In this document: positions 57,211-64,000 of the stretch, one piece after another | Layout of the letters: each line of letters starts with the position of its first letter | Numbering within the stretch: the first letter of the stretch is position 1 | Assembly: GCA_002506825.1 (NCBI GenBank) | Contig: DAYH01000010.1 | Coordinates: 33,077 to 97,076, forward strand | DNA: 64,000 nucleotides | Origin: Euryarchaeota archaeon UBA103 | Lineage (GTDB): Archaea > Thermoplasmatota > Poseidoniia > Poseidoniales > Thalassarchaeaceae | Reading direction: 5' to 3' | The notes under the pieces: model-generated | Told to the model about the DNA's origin: nothing | The model's input: the letters and a program-made list of their open reading frames with translations, nothing else | Database searches by the model: none | Position numbers and translations under genes: made by a program

Positions 57211-59858
57211 TCTGACTTCCTCCTAGCCTCGAAGAGTGCGAATATCAGAGATAAAACTCCCAGGCTGATCATGATTCCAGAGATTATTGCCGATGTGAGT
57301 GGTGTTGCTTCCTCGGTTGATTCTAGATTTACGGAAGCAATAGATGTCGCATCGATACTGACATGATTCTGACCATCTACTACCCATACTATCTCTTGCC
57401 CATCTACTACTGAGGTCACAACATAGTATAATGTGGTTGCAACCGGTACTGGCTCACTCCATTCCTGATATATCGTCGACTCGATTGGAATCAAGGGAGA
57501 AGGTACTGGTTCGCCCCAAACTGGCTTATCGTCGAACATAGTTAATCCCACTACAGAGGAAATCGGGGTTGTAGATCTGTAGATCCTATATTCGTCCGAT
57601 GAGCCAGCCCAAACTAGGTTTACTCGATTTTCCTGCAAAGTTGCCGTTAAAGAGAGGGGGGTCTGGGGTTCACCATAGACTATTCCCGATACCGAGGATT
57701 GGGTTTCCTGCATATCGTCAACTACTGTAAGTGAGATTGAATGAGAACCTGGACCCATAATGACGTCAATGGTGCTTCCAGACGCTTCAACACCGTCTAT
57801 TGTCCATAGGTAAGAGGAGACTTCCCCATCTGGATCAAAGGAACTGGTTGCATCGAAAGTGGCGATAGATCCAGAAATTGGCGGAGATGGAGTGGTCGAC
57901 CAAAGTGGGACTGGAGGTAGGTTTGCTATTATCACTGAAGCTGAAAGATTTGTGTGGAGCCCCCATGGATCAGTAGCTGTAACTACTACCTCCCACATTT
58001 GTCCAGGCTCGAGTCTGTTCGAGTTTACGGAGGCGTTTCCATCTAGGTCGGAAACAATGAAGCCATCCCTAAACCAAGAGTAATCGAGTACAACTGGTTC
58101 ATTGTCCGGATCCTCTGTACGGGATATTGCCAATAGGTCATTCAGAGAGTCTGGAGGAGCTTCTAAGTTCCCGATTGGGGCACTCTCCAAGGAGACCTCT
58201 AGAATTACTGGACGAGCATTTTCAATTACTCTAGAGTTGGTTTTCATAGAGGTCCCAAGGCCCTCTCCATCCCCGGGAATCACCTGTACTGACCAATGTT
58301 CATCTCTATGCACCTCCGAAGATGGTATGGATTCTAATCCATCAAACTCGGTAATCCACTCGCCATCAACCCACCATCTAATTTGACTGGCCTGCTCGGA
58401 GTCACCATCAATGTCAAATTGCTCCCATTCTACATACAGGTCCGAGTCTGTTGTCAGTTTTCCCTCGGGGAGAAGTGAGATATTCGTAACCACGGGAGGG
58501 GTATTGACAATATTGACAGCGGGAGTTACGAACCAGTCAGACCACACTAAACCATCGAAAACTCGAACATGTGACTCCCATGTTTCTCCCTTCGAAGTGA
58601 AGGAAGGATCAACAGTTGTTTCATCATTGAATGCGGCTACCATTGCTGAGTCTCTAAACCATCTAATCTCAGTGGACTGGATTGTGTCTCCGTCCGGATC
58701 GTAAGGAGTGTATATTAGTTGCAAGGAGTCGGTGGTAACGGTATTACCAGAAGTTGTAATGAACGCGGAAACTGAAGGCCCAGTATTGGAAGAGCCTATG
58801 ATGACTATTCCGCTGTATACGGTATCTCCAAAGTCAGAAGAGTCATGCGGAGTAACGGAAACTTCCCATTCATCTCCCGACCTAATCATGAAGCTAGAGA
58901 CGATTTCTTCTCCATCTAGCTCCGTGACCCTAGAACCGTCTAGGAACCAGTAAATGGTGGTCTGTTGTGTATCTTGCGGATCTCCGTCTAAATCATAGTA
59001 ATCCCAGTTCATTATGAGATCATCATCATCCATGGGAGATTCCGGACCTATTGACAAGCTCCTAGCGATTGGTACTGTGTTCCCTATGGAAATCGAATCT
59101 AAGGAAACCGTCTCTCCAAATTCATTTCCATCATTGGGAGTGACCTCGACTCTCCAGCTCTGATCCTTGGAAATCCAGGAGTTGGGAATATCGGTTAGGT
59201 CATCTATCTGAGTGACTCTTAGGCCGTCTCTGAACCAGTGAATGGAGGTGCCCTGCTCAAAGTCACCATCTTCGTCGTAGTATGTGTAGCTGACCCCCAA
59301 CCCAGTCTCCTTAGTAGGCGATGCTGGGACATAGATGACAGAAGATGCAGTAGGGGGCGAGTTAGTAGATCCAGAGTCCTCACTTGACTGATAAGTCAGG
59401 GTTGCCCAGCCATCTCCTGCATTATTTCCATTACCATTTGCAGCCATGACCGCCAGAGAGAAAGTAACTGAGCCTGAACCAGTTGAAGGCGCAGTCCAAT
59501 CCAAAGACCAGCTTCTGTAATCCGGGAATGAGTGTGTTGCCTGATCTCCAGCAGAGTTGACTTGTGTATTCATTATTCCAAAACTAGATGCCAGTGTTCC
59601 ACTAGAAACCTGTAAGTTGAATCCTCCCTTCGATCCAGAAACCCCCCCACTCATTCCTATGTTCAAGGTATAACTCTGACCAGGAGAGTAAGTAGAGGGA
59701 AAATTGTGAGTGGGTACTGGAGAGGCCGCAGAACCTCCGTGGCAACCACATCCGTTCGAGGAATTATACTTTCCACCACTATTGGCTATTGCCATATGGG
59801 AAGTGGATGAAAGAAGTAAGAATATCACAAACACCGAGATGACCCCGCGTCGTGGCAT
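57207..59858 (-). CDS. Secreted, TM-anchored protein (about 883 aa): Cys-x-Cys-His-Gly module, five ~95-aa DxDGD repeats, PKD-like and Fn3-like domains
   Basis: Start chosen at ATG 59858 ('MPRRGVISVFVIFLLL'), about 26 nt downstream of the TATA-like GAATTTATTC; the track ORF starts at 59894. 'NGCGCHGG', 'WSLDWTAPSTGSGSVTF', PKD-like 'FDATSSFDPDGEVSSYLW', C-terminal TM plus 'RRKSE'. Confidence 0.65.
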   Translation of the reverse strand: MPRRGVISVFVIFLLLSSTSHMAIANSGGKYNSSNGCGCHGGSAASPVPTHNFPSTYSPGQSYTLNIGMSGGVSGSKGGFNLQVSSGTLASSFGIMNTQVNSAGDQATHSFPDYRSWSLDWTAPSTGSGSVTFSLAVMAANGNGNNAGDGWATLTYQSSEDSGSTNSPPTASSVIYVPASPTKETGLGVSYTYYDEDGDFEQGTSIHWFRDGLRVTQIDDLTDIPNSWISKDQSWRVEVTPNDGNEFGETVSLDSISIGNTVPIARSLSIGPESPMDDDDLIMNWDYYDLDGDPQDTQQTTIYWFLDGSRVTELDGEEIVSSFMIRSGDEWEVSVTPHDSSDFGDTVYSGIVIIGSSNTGPSVSAFITTSGNTVTTDSLQLIYTPYDPDGDTIQSTEIRWFRDSAMVAAFNDETTVDPSFTSKGETWESHVRVFDGLVWSDWFVTPAVNIVNTPPVVTNISLLPEGKLTTDSDLYVEWEQFDIDGDSEQASQIRWWVDGEWITEFDGLESIPSSEVHRDEHWSVQVIPGDGEGLGTSMKTNSRVIENARPVILEVSLESAPIGNLEAPPDSLNDLLAISRTEDPDNEPVVLDYSWFRDGFIVSDLDGNASVNSNRLEPGQMWEVVVTATDPWGLHTNLSASVIIANLPPVPLWSTTPSPPISGSIATFDATSSFDPDGEVSSYLWTIDGVEASGSTIDVIMGPGSHSISLTVVDDMQETQSSVSGIVYGEPQTPLSLTATLQENRVNLVWAGSSDEYRIYRSTTPISSVVGLTMFDDKPVWGEPVPSPLIPIESTIYQEWSEPVPVATTLYYVVTSVVDGQEIVWVVDGQNHVSIDATSIASVNLESTEEATPLTSAIISGIMISLGVLSLIFALFEARRKSE
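57915..59357 (-). repeat. Five tandem in-frame ~285-nt (~95-aa) coding repeats
   Basis: Repeat cores: 'YTYYDEDGDFEQGTSIHWFRDG', 'WDYYDLDGDPQDTQQTTIYWFLDG', 'YTPYDPDGDTIQSTEIRWFRDS', 'WEQFDIDGDSEQASQIRWWVDG', 'TEDPDNEPVVLDYSWFRDG'. Each is followed by 'W.V.VTP.D'. Confidence 0.8.
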
Positions 59859-59953
59859 AGCTAACCATGGGAGATGTAGACTGAATAAATTCATTGGTTT
59901 GAATCAGACCATTCATCCGCTGCATTCATTGATTGTCCCCTCGTCGGAAGGCC

Positions 59954-62014
59954 ATGGGACCGATTGAGAAGGTAGCGATCATTGGTGCGGGAAATATGGG
60001 CTCTGGCATAGCACAGAAGAGTGCTCAAGAGCGTTTCGAGGTCCAAATGGTGGATAGAGAGCAAGAATGGGTGGATAGAGGGAACAACATTGTCTCAGAA
60101 TTTCTGAAGGAAGCTGAGGAACGTAGGATATTCAGCCCTGAGCAAGTGGAGCAAATAAAATCAAGGATAACCGGTGTGGTGGGAACAGAGAATGTTGATC
60201 CGTCTACAGATTTAGTCATTGAAGCTGTTTTTGAGGATTTTGAAATTAAAAAATCTGTATTCGAGACTCTAAATAATGTCTGTGATGAACATACCATACT
60301 AGCTAGTAATACGTCTTCATTGTCTGTTGATGAGCTAGCATTATCCACCGGAAGACCAGATAGATTTGTCGGTTTACACTTCTTTTATCACCCCGCGAAA
60401 AATAGGCTTGTTGAGGTGATCCCGGCTACTCACAGTTCTCAGGATAGCGTGAAGCTAGTTGAGCAGTATTGTAAGTCAATGGGGAAGGTGGTCATCGTTT
60501 GCAAGGATCGTCCTGGTTTTGTAGTAAACCGTTTCTTCGTGCCATGGCTAAATGAGGCCTGTAAACTTCTGGAAGAGGGAATTGGCAGCACAGCACAGAT
60601 TGATGCAGTTGCTAGATCTTCATTTGGGATTGGATTGGGGCCATTCGCTTTGATGAACCTTACTGGACCTCCCATTGCGCTACACTCCACGGATTACTTG
60701 GCTGAGCAATTGGATACGCCCAGGTATATCGGATCTGATTCCCTCAGGGAGCTTGTAGAAGAAGGGAGGTTATGGGAAATTGGAGAGTCAGAGGAGTGCG
60801 ATGATGATACTGCAAGAGTAATTTCTGAGAGGCTATTGGGGCAGGTTTTCTCGGTTTCTGCTCAGATAGTGGATGAGGAGATATGCTCAATGGAGGATGT
60901 CGACAGGGGAGCAAAAGTGGGATTAAGATGGGCCAAAGGACCATTTGAGCTCGCCAACGAAATAGGAGTTGATGAAGCTTCAAGAATGGCTATAAATTAC
61001 TCTGAATTGGCGGAAATAGAGCTTCCAGAATGGTTCTCCACTAGGGTGGAAGAGTTCAAGTTCTCTTATGTTGATTTGAGTATAGAAGGCGAAATTGCAA
61101 GAGTTAGATTAAATCGCCCAGAGGCGATGAATGCACTGAATGTCGACCTTGTCTCCCAATTGGGCGAGACCATGGAAGAAATTGATTCCATGCAAGATAT
61201 TTCCACTGTAGTGTTCGAAGGAGCGGGGAAGGCCTTTGTCGCTGGAGCAGATGTGAAATTCTTTGTAGATAAACTCAGAGAGGACTCTTTCAAGGAGATA
61301 TACGAATTTACCTCACATGGACACGATGTCCTAAATAGAATCGAGAACTGCGATAAGACAACCATAGCCCTGACTACGGGTTTAGCGCTTGGCGGTGGTC
61401 TTGAGCTAGCACTTTCCTGTGATTACAGAATTGGCACTAGGAGGACACAATTCAGATTTCCAGAGACTTCTATAGGAATATACCCCGGTCTCGGTGGAAC
61501 TCAGAGAACTGCAAGGATTTGTGGGGTCGAATGTGCTCGTTATGCAGTATTAGCTGGCAACTTTATAGATTCTTCAGTGGCGATAGATTTGGGCCTCCTA
61601 ACTCACAAAGTAAAGTCCTCCGAAGTGGAGAGTACCGTTGCATCCCTTGTTGGTAAGAAGCCTGATCAAAAGTATACAAAAAAGCCATTAAACTATGAAA
61701 GTGAGGTTGTTAGCTTCGCGTCTGATTTCTACTCTGATAAGAATATTGATGATTTAATTTCTGGAAAAATACCTCCTGGTTATGATTCCGAAGATCCTGT
61801 AGTTTCAAGACAGCTAAAATCACTCTCTAGGGCGGCACCAATCGCACTCAGAATAGCGGGAGATTTACTTTCTGATGTCAGAACCGGATCTTCTCTTGAA
61901 GACGGTTTGAATCTCGAGCTGGATAGGTTAGAGGAAATATTCAGCACACGAGATGCTGAAGAGGGGCTGAGTGCTCTGATTGAAGGGAGACGCCCCAAGT
62001 ACAACTCTTGCTAG
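59954..62014 (+). CDS. Fused 3-hydroxyacyl-CoA dehydrogenase (N-terminal) / enoyl-CoA hydratase (C-terminal) beta-oxidation enzyme
   Basis: 'KVAIIGAGNMGSGIAQ' Rossmann motif and a 3HCDH core, then crotonase 'RLNRPEAMNALN...GAGKAFVAGADVKFF...GGGLELALSCDYRI'. Start set at ATG 59954; the track begins at TTG 59933. Confidence 0.85.
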   Translation: MGPIEKVAIIGAGNMGSGIAQKSAQERFEVQMVDREQEWVDRGNNIVSEFLKEAEERRIFSPEQVEQIKSRITGVVGTENVDPSTDLVIEAVFEDFEIKKSVFETLNNVCDEHTILASNTSSLSVDELALSTGRPDRFVGLHFFYHPAKNRLVEVIPATHSSQDSVKLVEQYCKSMGKVVIVCKDRPGFVVNRFFVPWLNEACKLLEEGIGSTAQIDAVARSSFGIGLGPFALMNLTGPPIALHSTDYLAEQLDTPRYIGSDSLRELVEEGRLWEIGESEECDDDTARVISERLLGQVFSVSAQIVDEEICSMEDVDRGAKVGLRWAKGPFELANEIGVDEASRMAINYSELAEIELPEWFSTRVEEFKFSYVDLSIEGEIARVRLNRPEAMNALNVDLVSQLGETMEEIDSMQDISTVVFEGAGKAFVAGADVKFFVDKLREDSFKEIYEFTSHGHDVLNRIENCDKTTIALTTGLALGGGLELALSCDYRIGTRRTQFRFPETSIGIYPGLGGTQRTARICGVECARYAVLAGNFIDSSVAIDLGLLTHKVKSSEVESTVASLVGKKPDQKYTKKPLNYESEVVSFASDFYSDKNIDDLISGKIPPGYDSEDPVVSRQLKSLSRAAPIALRIAGDLLSDVRTGSSLEDGLNLELDRLEEIFSTRDAEEGLSALIEGRRPKYNSC

Positions 62015-62073
62015 AGATTCTTCAGTGGGGACTGGATCCAAGCGGGAGCTCTGTAATTAGCTATAGCCGCAAA

Positions 62074-62096
62074 AAGTATCGAGCTGATACTGATTT
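62074..62096. terminator. Perfect 6-bp hairpin AGTATC-GAGCT-GATACT flanked by A5 and GATTTT: a possible bidirectional terminator
   Basis: Read directly. A T-tract follows the hairpin on both strands. It lies 60 nt after the stop of the beta-oxidation gene. Confidence 0.3.
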
Positions 62097-62293
62097 TAGG
62101 TATCTCTCCAGAGATATTTTCGTCTCCAATCGTTTCTTCAATCCATTGTTCTAGAAATTTGTCCATTTTTGATTCCTCCTACTGGTGTAGATTTCACACT
62201 AACCTATGGAATCCACTATTTGATTGGTCCAGTAATGGTGATTACACGTAGGTGCATTTTATACACTAGATACCTTGTGGAATACTTGTTAAT

Positions 62294-62749
62294 ATGCCAG
62301 GAGAGCCACTTAGGTTGACAAAGAGAGACATAAGAAAGGTAGAGAAGCAAGTCGATGAAGTGATGGATCTTGGTAAGGAAATACGTACATTATTTTCTAA
62401 GTACAATGATGAGGAGTTTGACATCAGCTGGGAAGTAGATTCTGCGGTCGATGCATTCTCAGTTTTCAGTTCGAGATGGACAACAGAGATTCTCGCCACA
62501 CTATACATAGCAGGAGATCGAAGATTTAACGAAATGAGGAGCTTGTTGAGAGGCATTAGTAGTCGAACTCTATCTGATAAATTGACTACGTGTGTAGGTT
62601 TTGGATTGGTAGAGAGGCTGGTCGAGGATGGGCCCCCAGTTAGAGTGACATACAGCCTAACTGAGCATGGCAGAAGGGCTGGGAAACTACTTTCTCCATT
62701 GGTTGCTTACATGAAAATCCACAATGGAAAGATTGAGGGGCCCAAGTAG
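62294..62749 (+). CDS. HxlR-type winged-helix transcriptional regulator with a ~50-aa N-terminal extension
   Basis: 'RWTTEILATLYIAGDRRFNEMRSLLRGISSRTLSDKLTTCVGFGLVERLVEDGPPVRVTYSLTEHG' is the HxlR pattern. TATA-like TTTTATA lies about 35 nt upstream. Confidence 0.75.
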   Translation: MPGEPLRLTKRDIRKVEKQVDEVMDLGKEIRTLFSKYNDEEFDISWEVDSAVDAFSVFSSRWTTEILATLYIAGDRRFNEMRSLLRGISSRTLSDKLTTCVGFGLVERLVEDGPPVRVTYSLTEHGRRAGKLLSPLVAYMKIHNGKIEGPK

Positions 62750-62802
62750 GGCATCCATACATAATTTCTAATGAGCATTAAGACACATCATTAAAACCCC
62801 GT

Positions 62803-63474
62803 ATGTTAACCAGCGTAATTATGGCACTAGTTGACCAATGGAAGATTAGTCGTCCGTGGTATGTTGACTCAATAGGTGCCTTAGCAGGAGCCGCACTTGG
62901 TTTGGGAGGTGGTTTCCAACTACTATTCCCTGCTACTCAGGGAACCATGATAGCTCACAGAGAAACTGGCTGGGAGCATCCATTAAGACTCAGGATTGTA
63001 GAAGCTCTGGAAAGGTCTCCTGGAATACATTTCAGGGAGTTACAGAGAAGGCTCTCTGCCGCTAATGGTACCTTGCGCCATCATCTTGATACTCTCACAA
63101 AGGAAGGGGTCGTTACTGTGGTACCAGTTAACGGCAGAACTTGCTACTACTTCGGGGCTCCGGCACAAGTTGAGATTCTGGAGGGAACCGGAGTCACGGA
63201 TTATTCTAGGGCGGCGGCCATGATGCCAGTTGGTCTTTCGGAAGTTCAGAGAGTGGTGGTAGCGAGGCTTACTGAGGATGAAGATCCTGCGTCACAGGCT
63301 CAGCTAGCAAGGGACCTAGGGAGATCTAGGGCCTCTGTCCACTCTGCAATTTCAGTACTTAGGAAAAGAGGCATTCTAGATCAGACTGGACTATCTCTTG
63401 CTCCCCACCTAAATGGTTTGAGGAGATCCAAAGTTGAGTACCCGTGGCTAGACATTAGAGTAGACTGCTCGTGA
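62803..63474 (+). CDS. Double winged-helix regulator with an N-terminal hydrophobic segment; paralog of 17220..18128
   Basis: 'GIHFRELQRRLSAANGTLRHHLDTLTKEGVV' and 'SQAQLARDLGRSRASVHSAISVLRKRGIL'. N-terminal 'IGALAGAALGLGGGFQLLF'. Confidence 0.6.
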   Translation: MLTSVIMALVDQWKISRPWYVDSIGALAGAALGLGGGFQLLFPATQGTMIAHRETGWEHPLRLRIVEALERSPGIHFRELQRRLSAANGTLRHHLDTLTKEGVVTVVPVNGRTCYYFGAPAQVEILEGTGVTDYSRAAAMMPVGLSEVQRVVVARLTEDEDPASQAQLARDLGRSRASVHSAISVLRKRGILDQTGLSLAPHLNGLRRSKVEYPWLDIRVDCS

Positions 63475-63547
63475 TTGTTAAACTGTGGATAATTGCCCTA
63501 TTTCATGTCCATGTTTGGGAATTCTATAGAACCCCCAATCTCGGGCG

Positions 63548-64000
63548 ATGGTTGTGTTCAGGCTAAGACTGGTCGAATTTCCGATGCCGACAGGAAGTAA
63601 GGATCCTGATGTCTTACTAGCTTGGCTCCTAGACTCATTGGGCCTAGTCAGGAGGAAGGTTGAGGGCGGAGGTGTTGAAGAGGGTCAAGGGGCGCTTCAT
63701 CGAATTATGACCGAGGCTTTCTTGAGGGAACCATTGGGATGGTGGGATGCAAAATCACTATGCGAAGTAACAGGTCTTTCCCAAACTGGGATTCACCATC
63801 AACTGGTAAAACTAAGAGAATGTGGCCTAATATCCTCCAACACTGATGGAGGATGGCATATCCATGTCCTACGAGGAGGGAGTATATCCTCGGCACTCGA
63901 GCTACTTACTAATGAGGCGAGGACCGTTCTGAAACTGAGGATGAGGGAGCTCTCTGATTCTATAGTAGAATCTGAGGAGAGGATGTCGGTAATTTCACTT
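63548..64000 (+). CDS. Winged-helix (ArsR-like) regulator; the 3' end is off-window and the ORF is absent from the track because it has no stop in the window
   Basis: My own translation from ATG 63548 is open for 151 codons to the window edge: 'MVVFRLRLVEFPMPTG...WWDAKSLCEVTGLSQTGIHHQLVKLRECGLISS...'. Confidence 0.55.
   Translation, partial: MVVFRLRLVEFPMPTGSKDPDVLLAWLLDSLGLVRRKVEGGGVEEGQGALHRIMTEAFLREPLGWWDAKSLCEVTGLSQTGIHHQLVKLRECGLISSNTDGGWHIHVLRGGSISSALELLTNEARTVLKLRMRELSDSIVESEERMSVISL

Noticed and set aside
62095-62166. Minus-strand micro-ORF with a strong GGAGGA 7 nt upstream of ATG
   Set aside because: On first pass I read it as about 51 codons reaching the CTAG at 62011. Careful re-reading shows an in-frame TAA at 62097-62095, so it is only 23 codons ('MDKFLEQWIEETIGDENISGEIT'). 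That is too short to call without expression or conservation data.
62015-62293. The 279-bp spacer as a possible C/D-box sRNA or other ncRNA locus
   Set aside because: I found no RUGAUGA/CUGA box pair on either strand. Only the hairpin terminator-like element and a TATA-like TTTTATA for the HxlR gene could be supported.
63705-63896. 63-aa minus-strand ORF from the track
   Set aside because: It is antisense to a longer plus-strand frame (63548 to the window end) that encodes a recognisable wHTH.

Overview
This is a very compact window (roughly 95% coding by eye, with many 1-25 nt gene overlaps) that reads as archaeal chromosome. All family calls come from motif recognition in the supplied translations; no database search was run.

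Evidence for an archaeal host:
- RadA recombinase, a Hel308-type helicase, a Cgi121-like KEOPS subunit, and the wyosine enzymes Taw1 and a Trm5/Taw2-family methyltransferase.
- An initiator-type tRNA-Met with an A1:U72 pair.
- TATA-box promoters placed about 25 nt upstream of start codons, implying short or absent leaders.

Other content:
- Bacterial-type genes are mixed in: UvrC, oligoribonuclease, CspA-type cold-shock protein, AlkB alkane hydroxylase, MsrA and a MacB/FtsX-type ABC system.
- Six large or medium acidic secreted proteins carry C-terminal TM anchors.
- Peptidases are numerous: kexin-like S8B, S8A, M3B, M29, M14-like and JAMM.
- This combination suggests a marine planktonic heterotrophic euryarchaeote of the Marine Group II/Poseidoniales type. 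That placement is inference only.

I recognised no rRNA, CRISPR array, integrase, transposase or prophage.

Regions I would look at first:
1. A translationally coupled three-gene surface operon (55544-59894). Its two secreted proteins open with a paralogous Cys-x(1-3)-Cys-His-Gly module.
2. An operon of two stand-alone RAM-domain proteins plus a secreted subtilase (27745-30202), lying tail-to-tail with a wHTH-STAND NTPase.
3. An ABC system whose 1197-aa double-FtsX permease is fused to a DUF805 domain and is flanked by two ATPases, one with an AbrB-like plus zinc-ribbon tail.
4. A eukaryote-style kexin/P-domain convertase with calcium-binding and Cys-motif super-repeats. It sits next to an M14-like enzyme whose predicted N-terminal extension carries multibasic motifs.
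5. A guaB-msrA-alkB-membrane gene string, in which the MsrA catalytic motif lies upstream of any canonical start codon.
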